A DNA stretch of 53,301 nucleotides, from assembly GCA_031459915.1 (NCBI GenBank), contig JAVKHO010000018.1, forward strand, positions 5,190 through 58,490. The letters run 5' to 3'. Below, piece by piece: positions 46,292-53,301 of the stretch (positions are counted from its first letter, which is position 1; every line of letters begins with the position of its first letter). The position numbers and the translations under genes are program-made. This DNA is from Candidatus Tepidifontimicrobium thermophilum. GTDB lineage: Bacteria; Sysuimicrobiota; Sysuimicrobiia; Sysuimicrobiales; Sysuimicrobiaceae. The notes under the pieces were generated by a model. It saw only the letters and a list, made by a program, of their open reading frames with translations, was not told the DNA's origin and ran no database searches.

Positions 46292-47380
46292 ATGGAGCCG
46301 GTCCGGGTGGTGGATCTGGGCGAGGTAGCGCCGGTCCGTTCCCAGGCAGTCTACCACGCGGTGGCCTACGCCATGGACGAGGGTACGCCCGACACCGTGC
46401 TGCTGGTCACCTCGTCCCAGCCGTACGTCTCCATCGGGTACCACCAGGACGCAGCCCGGGAGGTGGACCTGGAGTTCTGCGCGGCCCACGGCCTGCCGGT
46501 GGTCCGCCGCGAGGTGGGCGGCGGGGCGGTGTACCTGGACCGGAACCAGGTGTTCTGCCAGTGGATTTTTCAGCGGCAACACCTGCCCGCCAGATTGGAG
46601 GAGCGCTTCTCCCTGTACGTGCTGCCTCTGGTGGCCACCTACCGGCGGCTCGGCATCGACGCCTACCACCGGCCCGTCAACGACATCCAGGTCGCGGGGC
46701 GGAAGATCGGGGGAACCGGTGCTGCCTCCATCGGGCGCAGCGAGGTCATGGTGGGCAGCCTGATGTTCGACTTCGACCACGAGCTCATGGCCCGGGTGTT
46801 GCGGGTCCCGTCGGAGAAGATGCGGGACAAGGTGGTCCAGGGGATCCGGGACTACATCACGACGATGAGGCGCGAGCTGGGGGATGTGCCCGACCGGCAA
46901 CAGGTCCTGGCCGTGTACCTGGAGGAGACCGCGCGGGCTCTGGGAAGGCCCCTGCAACCGGGTCAGCTCACCGAGCGGGAGTGGGAAGCGGCGGCGGAGC
47001 TCGAGGAGAGGTTCTCCTCAGAGGAGTGGCTGCACCAGAAGGGCGGGCTGCGGGCTTCCGGGGCGGTGAAGATCCACGCGGACGTGCACGTGGCGGAGGC
47101 TACGTACAAGGCTCCTGGCGGGCTGGTCCGGGCCACCGCCCGCATCCGGGAGGGCCGGATCGACGACGTGAGCCTGTCGGGCGACTTCACGGTGCTGCCC
47201 GCGTGGGCAATAGGAGCCATAGAGCAGGCCCTCCGGGGGCTGCCCTTGAGGGAGGACGTCCTCCGGCAGAGGGTCGCGGACGTGTACCGGGCCCTGGCGG
47301 TGGAGGCTCCGGGCCTCGCCCCCGAGGACCTCACGCAGGCCCTCGTGGCCCTGCGAGGCACGGTGGAGGGGACGCCGTGA
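46292..47380 (+). CDS. sLpl(AB)-type lipoate-protein ligase
   Basis: VDLGEVAPVRSQAVYHAVA, YVSIGYHQ, RREVGGGAVYLD, NDIQVAGRKIGG, C-terminal YKAPGGLVR..SLSGDF. Confidence 0.88.
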   Translation: MEPVRVVDLGEVAPVRSQAVYHAVAYAMDEGTPDTVLLVTSSQPYVSIGYHQDAAREVDLEFCAAHGLPVVRREVGGGAVYLDRNQVFCQWIFQRQHLPARLEERFSLYVLPLVATYRRLGIDAYHRPVNDIQVAGRKIGGTGAASIGRSEVMVGSLMFDFDHELMARVLRVPSEKMRDKVVQGIRDYITTMRRELGDVPDRQQVLAVYLEETARALGRPLQPGQLTEREWEAAAELEERFSSEEWLHQKGGLRASGAVKIHADVHVAEATYKAPGGLVRATARIREGRIDDVSLSGDFTVLPAWAIGAIEQALRGLPLREDVLRQRVADVYRALAVEAPGLAPEDLTQALVALRGTVEGTP

Positions 47381-48945
47381 GCCCGCCTGTGGTGGCCACG
47401 TCTCCGGACCGGCCGGTGCTGTGGGGCAAGGTCATCGACCACCGGAAGTGTATCGGGTGCCACGCCTGTACCGTGGCGTGCAAGGCGGAGCACCTGGTTC
47501 CCCTGGGGGTCAACCGCACGTACGTGAAGCAGGTGGAGGTGGGCGTGTGGCCGGCCGTCCGCCGGCAGTTCCAGGTGACCCGCTGCAACCAGTGCGACGA
47601 CCCCCCGTGCGTGCACATCTGCCCGGTCACCGCGATGTTCCGGCGTCCGGACGGGATCGTGGACTTCGACCGGGAGGTGTGCATCGGGTGCAAGGCCTGC
47701 ATCGCCGCCTGCCCCTACGACGCCATCTACATCGATCCCGAAAGCCACAGCGCGGAGAAGTGCAACTTCTGCGCCCACCGGATCGACCTGGGGCTGGAGC
47801 CCGCCTGCGTGGTGGTGTGCCCGGAGCGGGCCATCGTGGTGGGCAATCTCCTGGATCCCAGTAGCGAGGTGAGCCAGCTGGTGGCCCGGGAGAAGGTGGA
47901 GGTGCGCAAGCCGGAGAAGGGCACCGCTCCCAAGCTCTACTACGTGGAGGCCAGCGGATTCACCCGGGTCCCCACCGGGGCGGCCCTGCCGGCCACGCAC
48001 GCGTTCGCGCAGCAGCGGGAAGGGTACCCCGCCTGGAACGGGGAGGTGAGGGCGAGCCCTGGACGCACCGCGGCCGCGGCCCTGGTGTCCTACGACGTCC
48101 CGCACCGGCCGCCTTGGGACTGGCGGGTGAGCGGGTACACGTGGACCAAGAGCGTGGCCTCCGGCCTGTACGGCGCGCTTTCGGTGCTGTCCTGGACGGG
48201 GCGGGCGCTGGGCGATGTCTGGGACGTGGGAGGGAGGCTAGCGGCCCTGGTGTTCTTGTTGCTGACCGCGGCGCTCCTGGTGTGGGACCTCAAGCACCCC
48301 GAGCGGTTCTGGACCATCCTGGTCCGCCCCCAGTGGAGGTCCTGGCTGGCCCGGGGCGCGTTCATCCTCACCGGGTTCGGTGCCGTGGTCGCCGCGGACT
48401 TGGTGGTCCGCCTCCTGGGGTGGACGACCCCTGCGGGATTGTTGCAGGGAGCGGGGTTCGTGCTGGCGGTGCTGGCCGCGGTGTATACCGCCTTCCTGTT
48501 CGCTCAGGCCAGGGCCAGGGACCTGTGGCAGAGTCCGGTGCTGCCCGTGCACCTGCTGATCCAGGCCGCAGTGGCGGGCTCTGCCGCGCTGCTGGTCGGC
48601 GGGGCGTTCGTCGGGCTCCCGGCAGGGGCACAGACGGCCCTGGCCTGGACCCTGCTGTGGGGACTGGCGGGGCACGCGCTGCTGGCGCTGTCCGAGGGCC
48701 TGGGACCTCACCCTACCGACGACGCGGCCCGCGCCGCGCGCCAGATGACCCACGGTCGGTACCGGCTTGCGTACTGGCTGGGGCTCGGGGTCGGCGGTGC
48801 GCTTGCGGCCGCGCTGCTGGTCCTCCAAGTGGCGGGGTGGGTGGGGCCGTGGGCGGTCCCGCTGGCCGGCTGCCTGGCGCTTGTGGGTCTGTTGCTGTAC
48901 GAGCACGGCTACGTGCAGGCGGGCCAGTCGGTGCCGCTTTCGTGA
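47377..48945 (+). CDS. Fused 4x[4Fe-4S] ferredoxin (PsrB/DmsB-like) + NrfD/PsrC membrane anchor
   Basis: CIGCHACTVAC, CNQCDDPPCVHICP, CIGCKACIAACP, CNFC..PACVVVCP; then PWDWRV, DLKHPERF, SWLARGA, YTAFLF and about 8 TM helices. Confidence 0.9.
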   Translation: MSPPVVATSPDRPVLWGKVIDHRKCIGCHACTVACKAEHLVPLGVNRTYVKQVEVGVWPAVRRQFQVTRCNQCDDPPCVHICPVTAMFRRPDGIVDFDREVCIGCKACIAACPYDAIYIDPESHSAEKCNFCAHRIDLGLEPACVVVCPERAIVVGNLLDPSSEVSQLVAREKVEVRKPEKGTAPKLYYVEASGFTRVPTGAALPATHAFAQQREGYPAWNGEVRASPGRTAAAALVSYDVPHRPPWDWRVSGYTWTKSVASGLYGALSVLSWTGRALGDVWDVGGRLAALVFLLLTAALLVWDLKHPERFWTILVRPQWRSWLARGAFILTGFGAVVAADLVVRLLGWTTPAGLLQGAGFVLAVLAAVYTAFLFAQARARDLWQSPVLPVHLLIQAAVAGSAALLVGGAFVGLPAGAQTALAWTLLWGLAGHALLALSEGLGPHPTDDAARAARQMTHGRYRLAYWLGLGVGGALAAALLVLQVAGWVGPWAVPLAGCLALVGLLLYEHGYVQAGQSVPLS

Positions 48946-48952
48946 GGGTCCT

Positions 48953-49732
48953 GTGGAAGCCACTCGGACCGTTGCGCTCTTAGGGATGTCCGCGGCGGTG
49001 GGCGTGGTCGGCGCCCTCACGGGACTGGGGGGTGGCGTCCTGCTGGTCCCGCTTTTGACCCTGGGCTTCGGCCTCGACATCCGCACCGCGGCCGGCACGA
49101 GCCTCCTGTGCCTGGTGGGCACCCAGGTGGGGGTCGGGCAGGCCCTGAGGGGCACCGGCCTCGTGGACGAGCGGGCAGCCGTGCCGCTGGCCCTGGCGAG
49201 TCTGTGCGGGGCGTGGTTGGGTGCGGAGGTGGCGGGCTGGGTCCCCAGGCGGATCCTGTACCTTCTGTTCGGCGGGATCATGGGCGGGACCGTGGTGGCC
49301 ATGCTGGCGCGGCCGGTGCAGCAGGAGCTGGCTGGCCCGCAAGGACCTGGTACGTCGGCTGCCCGTCAGGTAGCCGCCATCGCCTCCATGGCTGCCGCCG
49401 GGGTTCTCTCGGGCCTGCTGGGGATCGGCGGCGGAGCCCTGAACGTCGCGGTGATGCACCTGATCCTGCAGCTCCCGTTGCCGAGTGCTGCGGCCACCTC
49501 CAGCTTCCTGCACGGCGTGAAAGCCCTCGCGGGACTGGCCGCGTACTGGGCCCGGGGGGACGTAGCACCGTTGCAGGCGGCGCCCGCGGTCCTGGGAGTG
49601 GTGTGGGGGTCTACGTGGGGCGGGAGGCTGCTCGCCCGGGTGCCCGGCCGGGTGGTGCGCGCGGCTTTCCTGCCCCTGGTGGCCTGGGTAGCCGTCCAGA
49701 TGTTCCGTCGCGGCCTGCAGACCGGCTGGTAG
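48953..49732 (+). CDS. TauE/SafE family (sulfite exporter-type) membrane protein
   Basis: duplicated motif GALTGLGGGVLLVP / SGLLGIGGGALNV; AAGTSL / AAATSSF. Confidence 0.88.
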   Translation: MEATRTVALLGMSAAVGVVGALTGLGGGVLLVPLLTLGFGLDIRTAAGTSLLCLVGTQVGVGQALRGTGLVDERAAVPLALASLCGAWLGAEVAGWVPRRILYLLFGGIMGGTVVAMLARPVQQELAGPQGPGTSAARQVAAIASMAAAGVLSGLLGIGGGALNVAVMHLILQLPLPSAAATSSFLHGVKALAGLAAYWARGDVAPLQAAPAVLGVVWGSTWGGRLLARVPGRVVRAAFLPLVAWVAVQMFRRGLQTGW

Positions 49733-49739
49733 GACGACC

Positions 49740-50009
49740 ATGGACCGCTTCGCTGCCCTGACGGCGCGGCTCGGCACCCTGGCTGTGCTGGCCGGAGCGC
49801 TGGGGGGCATGGCGGAAGGTCTGGAGACGTGGGCGGAGTGGATCGCGGGAGTGGGTATCGCGGGACTGATCTGCGTGCCCGTGGTGGATCTGCTGGCGCT
49901 GCGGGAGACCTTCCGACGGCGCGGGGAGCGGCGCTACGCAGATCTCACCACCCTGCTGCTGGCCGTGCTTGCGGTTGCGGCTGCCACCTCAGTGGTCCGG
50001 CACGTGTGA
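49740..50009 (+). CDS. Small membrane protein (DUF1634-like TauE partner)
   Basis: three hydrophobic segments; GIAGLICVPV..F.RRGERRY; directly after TauE. Confidence 0.6.
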   Translation: MDRFAALTARLGTLAVLAGALGGMAEGLETWAEWIAGVGIAGLICVPVVDLLALRETFRRRGERRYADLTTLLLAVLAVAAATSVVRHV

Positions 50010-50023
50010 GAGGAGGGGTGGGG

Positions 50024-52951
50024 ATGTCGACCCGACCTGCTGAGGGAGTCCAGGGCTTCGGAGGTCTTGCCGCGTTTCCCCCTCCCGACCGGTGGGACTC
50101 ATGGACCGAGTGGGACGCCAGGGCTTGGCCGAGGCGGGTGCCGCGGGAGTACACGTTGATCCCCACGGTGTGCTTCAACTGCGAGGCCGCCTGCGGGCTG
50201 CTGGCGTACGTGGACAGACAGACGGGCGAGATCCGCAAGCTGGAGGGCCTCCCGACCCACCCGGCGAGCCGGGGCCGCAACTGCCCCAAGGGACCTGCGA
50301 CCCTCGCCCAGATCCACAACCCGGACCGCATCCTCTACCCCCTGCGGCGGAAGGGCCCTCGGGGGAGCGGGCAGTGGGAGCGGGTCAGCTGGGAGGAGGC
50401 GCTGGAGGACATCGCCGCCCGCATCCGGCAGGCGCTGGCCGAAGGGCGCAGGGACGCGGTCGTCTACCACGTGGGCCGACCCGGGGAGGACTTCTTCCAC
50501 GAGCGCATGCTGATGGCCTGGGGGGTCGACGGGCACAACAGCCACACCAACGTGTGCTCGTCGTCCGCGCGGTTCGGCTACTCCTTGTGGATGGGCTACG
50601 ACCGACCGGCTCCAGACCACACCGACGCGCGGTTTATCCTGCTCCTCTCTAGCCACCTGGAGAGCGGTCACTACTTCAACCCGCACGCCCAGCGCATCGT
50701 GGAGGCCCGCAGCGCCGGCGCGAAGGTGTGCGTGGTGGACACACGCCTGTCCAACACCGCCAGCCAGGCGGACCTGTGGCTGAGCCCGTGGCCCGGGACC
50801 GAGGCGGGGCTGCTGCTGTCGGTGGCGCACGTGCTGCTGCGGGAGGGGTGGGTGGACGAGGGGTTCCTGGCGCGGTGGGTGAACTGGCAGGAGTTCCTCG
50901 CGGACCGGGACTACCTGAAATTTCTCGCGGAGCTCGGGTTCTTGCGTCGCGTTCCGGAGCGGGAGGACTTCCCCGCGTTCCTGGACACCCTCCGGGAGCT
51001 GTACGCCGCCTACACCCCGGAGTGGGCCGCGGCGGAGTGCGGGGTGGAAGCCGGGGCGGTGGAGTGGATCGCCCGGGAAATCCGCCAGGCGGGGCGCCGG
51101 TGGGCCAGCCACGTGTGGCGGGGTCCGGCCGCAGGAAACCGCGGCGGGTGGATGGTGGCCCGGGCCCTGATGTTCCTGCACGCGCTCACCGGGTCCGTGG
51201 GCACCAGGGGGGGCGTGCTCCCCAACGGCTACGCCAAGTTCGTGCCCAGGCCTCCCACAGTTCCGCCACACCCGCGGGTGTGGAACGAAGCGCACTGGCC
51301 GCGGCAGTGGCCGCTCAGTCACTTCGAGATGTCGTTCCTGCTGCCGCACCTGCTGGAGCGTCTAGACCACCGCATCGACGTGTACTTCACCCGGGTCTAC
51401 AACCCGGTGTGGACGAACCCCGACGGCGCCATGTGGGTGGAGATGTTGCAGGACCCGGAGCGGATCGGCCTGCATGTGTGCCTGACGCCCGTGTGGAGCG
51501 AGACCGCCCAGTTCGCGGACTACGTCCTCCCCATGGGCATGGGGCCCGAGCGGCACGACCTCCACTCCTACGAGACGCACGGCGCCCAGTGGGTCGGGTT
51601 CCGCCAGCCGGTGCTGCGGGTGTTCCGGCAGCGCCAGGGGCAGCCTGTAGCCAGCACCCGGGAGGCCAACCCCGGCGAGGTGTGGGAGGAGGTGGAGTTC
51701 TGGTTCGAGCTGGCCTGGCGGATCGACCCGGACGGGAGCCTGGGGATCCGGCAGCACTTCGAATCCCCCTACCGGCCGGGGCAGAAGGTGACCGTGGACG
51801 ACTACTACGGGTGGATCTTCGAGAACTCCGTGCCGGGGCTCCGGGACGAGGCCGAGCGCAGGCGGCTGACGCCTCTGGAGTACATGCGGCGCTATGGGGC
51901 CTTCGAGATCACCCGCGACGTGTACGAGGAGCACGAGCAGCTCGTGCCGGAGGAGCTGGTGGCACAGGCGGTGGTGGGGCCGGACGGTGGGGTTTACGTT
52001 CCTGCAGACCGGCTCCCCCCGCGCGCCAACCTTCGGCCGGAGCCCGGACCCTTCAGGGACAGCGAGGGACGGGTGCGGGTCGGGGTGGTGGTGGACGGGA
52101 CGGTGAGGAAAGGGTTCCCGACGCCTTCAGGCAGGCTGGAGTTCTACTCGCGCACCCTGAAGGAGTGGCACTGGCCCGAGTACGCCATCCCCATCTACCC
52201 GCGGAACGAGGAGGAAGCGCGTCGGATGATCCACATCACCAGCCAGGTGTACTGGCGGTGGGTGGACCGGTCCCGAGGGGAGACCATCCTGCTGCCCACC
52301 TTCCGGCTGCCTACCCTGATCCACACCCGCACCAACGGCGCCAAGTGGCTGTACGAGATCTCCCACGTGAACCCCATCTGGATGCACCCGGAGGACGCGG
52401 AGCGCCTGGCAGTGAAGACGGGAGACCTGGTGCGGGTCGAGACGGAGGTCGGCTACTTCGTGGACCGGGTCTGGGTGACGGAGGCCATCCGGCCGGGAGT
52501 CGTGGCGTGCTCCCACCACCTGGGCCGGTGGCGGCTGTTCGAAGACCACGGCAGCGACCTGTGGAACTCCTCGTGGGTCCGGCTGGAGCGACAAGGCAGC
52601 CGGTGGCGCATGACGCCCCGCCGGGGTCCCGGGCCCTTCAACAGCTCCGATCCGGACTCTCAGAGGATCTGGTGGGACGAAGGCGGGGTGCACCAGAACC
52701 TGACGTTCGGGGTCCAGCCGGACCCGCTTTCCGGCCAGCACTGCTGGCACCAGAAGGTGCGCGTGGTGCGCGCAGGGCCGGACGACCGGTACGGGACCCT
52801 GGAGGTGGACACCACGAAGTCCAGGGAGGTCTTCCAGCGGTGGCTGAGCCTGACCCGTCCGGCGCCTGGGCCGGACGGCACCCGGAGGCCTTACTGGATG
52901 CTGCGGCCCCTGAAGCCCCACCCGGACGCGTACCGGATGCGGGGCCAGTAG
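50024..52951 (+). CDS. Molybdopterin oxidoreductase catalytic subunit (Psr/Soe-like superfamily), no Tat signal
   Basis: TVCFNCEAACG..NCPKG [4Fe-4S] motif, RILYPLRR, putative Mo-ligand HTNVCSS, SETAQFADYVLP, WMHPEDAERL. Confidence 0.9.
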   Translation: MSTRPAEGVQGFGGLAAFPPPDRWDSWTEWDARAWPRRVPREYTLIPTVCFNCEAACGLLAYVDRQTGEIRKLEGLPTHPASRGRNCPKGPATLAQIHNPDRILYPLRRKGPRGSGQWERVSWEEALEDIAARIRQALAEGRRDAVVYHVGRPGEDFFHERMLMAWGVDGHNSHTNVCSSSARFGYSLWMGYDRPAPDHTDARFILLLSSHLESGHYFNPHAQRIVEARSAGAKVCVVDTRLSNTASQADLWLSPWPGTEAGLLLSVAHVLLREGWVDEGFLARWVNWQEFLADRDYLKFLAELGFLRRVPEREDFPAFLDTLRELYAAYTPEWAAAECGVEAGAVEWIAREIRQAGRRWASHVWRGPAAGNRGGWMVARALMFLHALTGSVGTRGGVLPNGYAKFVPRPPTVPPHPRVWNEAHWPRQWPLSHFEMSFLLPHLLERLDHRIDVYFTRVYNPVWTNPDGAMWVEMLQDPERIGLHVCLTPVWSETAQFADYVLPMGMGPERHDLHSYETHGAQWVGFRQPVLRVFRQRQGQPVASTREANPGEVWEEVEFWFELAWRIDPDGSLGIRQHFESPYRPGQKVTVDDYYGWIFENSVPGLRDEAERRRLTPLEYMRRYGAFEITRDVYEEHEQLVPEELVAQAVVGPDGGVYVPADRLPPRANLRPEPGPFRDSEGRVRVGVVVDGTVRKGFPTPSGRLEFYSRTLKEWHWPEYAIPIYPRNEEEARRMIHITSQVYWRWVDRSRGETILLPTFRLPTLIHTRTNGAKWLYEISHVNPIWMHPEDAERLAVKTGDLVRVETEVGYFVDRVWVTEAIRPGVVACSHHLGRWRLFEDHGSDLWNSSWVRLERQGSRWRMTPRRGPGPFNSSDPDSQRIWWDEGGVHQNLTFGVQPDPLSGQHCWHQKVRVVRAGPDDRYGTLEVDTTKSREVFQRWLSLTRPAPGPDGTRRPYWMLRPLKPHPDAYRMRGQ

Positions 52952-52973
52952 GCCGAGGCGCCGGGTTGTGGGA

Positions 52974-53013
52974 TCCCCCGAAAGGGGGACGGACGATTCC
53001 CCCTTGCGGGGGT
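52974..53013. promoter_or_regulatory. two TCCCCC-N4-GGGGGW boxes upstream of the last gene
   Basis: TCCCCCGAAAGGGGGA (52974-52989) and TCCCCCTTGCGGGGGT (52998-53013), the second running into TTGCGC. Confidence 0.7.
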
Positions 53014-53062
53014 TGCGCGCTCAGCGGGCGTGTGGTTAACCCAAGGCGGGAGGTGACGGGGG

Positions 53063-53301
53063 TTGCGGCCGGGGGTGGCCATCCTCGTGGCCCTTCTGTT
53101 TAACGGTTTCCTCATCGGGCAAATGCTCGCGACTCGTGGAGCTGCCCTGGTCTCCGCCCGCGAGGACGTCACCGTGGTCCGGGAGGACGTAGTCCAGGAG
53201 CGCCGGGTGCGGGCGGGGGAGCGGACGGTGCTGGAGGTGTCCACCACGGGGCTGGTGGAGGTGGTGGTGTACGAGTACACCGGGGACGCGGGGGAGCTAG
53301 A
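53063..53301 (+). CDS. Hypothetical exported/membrane-anchored protein, truncated at window end
   Basis: GGGAGGTG RBS, TTG start, open to window end: MRPGVAILVALLFNGFLIGQMLATRGAALVSAREDVTVVREDV... Confidence 0.6.
   Translation, partial: MRPGVAILVALLFNGFLIGQMLATRGAALVSAREDVTVVREDVVQERRVRAGERTVLEVSTTGLVEVVVYEYTGDAGEL

Noticed and set aside
50024..50160. Tat signal from WPRRVPR
   Set aside because: No S/T-R-R-x-F-L consensus or hydrophobic helix
50024..52951. Formate dehydrogenase or nitrate reductase
   Set aside because: No FDH C/U-H active-site motif or Nar features; partners are Psr-like and the context is sulfur metabolism
33829..52951. Selenocysteine readthrough or frameshifts in the redox genes
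   Set aside because: All subunits appear full length with Cys motifs and ordinary stop/start overlaps
52974..52989. Intrinsic terminator of the molybdoenzyme gene (GAAA-loop hairpin)
   Set aside because: No U-tract, and it matches a spaced box family also found at a divergent promoter where no terminator is expected; a dual role is not excluded

Overview
A very GC-rich bacterial chromosomal window (roughly 70% GC by eye), densely coding, with no mobile element or CRISPR array that I can see. The left half (1-26.4 kb) is mixed housekeeping and accessory genes: a CysM/Mec/Rrf2/SigH-RshA thiol-stress cluster, Ppx, a MacAB-type exporter, initiator tRNA-Met, a TetR-controlled catabolic operon with an AbfD/HpaB-like flavoprotein lacking the Fe-S cysteines, an atypical endonuclease V, two DUF72 genes, Ku, ChrB+MFS, a GH1 glycosidase and an orphan ECF sigma factor. 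The right half (26.4-53.3 kb) is a large dissimilatory sulfur-oxidation island. It carries a Cys-rich sensor kinase with a NarL-type regulator and a leftward lipoate-assembly operon (ligase, Cys-free H-protein, LipS1, second ligase, LipS2). A ~19 kb rightward run encodes TusA, two DsrE proteins, three LbpA proteins, thioredoxin, a type II sHdr complex (sHdrC1B1AH-B3-EtfBA-EMO), two uncharacterised small proteins, a third ligase, and a Tat-less molybdoenzyme with a fused ferredoxin-NrfD subunit and a TauE transporter. The most novel signal is a 16-bp palindrome, TCCCCC-N4-GGGGGW, repeated at 24-25 bp spacing and abutting the -35 element both at the island's divergent promoter and before the truncated last gene. 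It points to two-component activation of the sHdr system. All calls come from motif recognition by eye; no searches were run.
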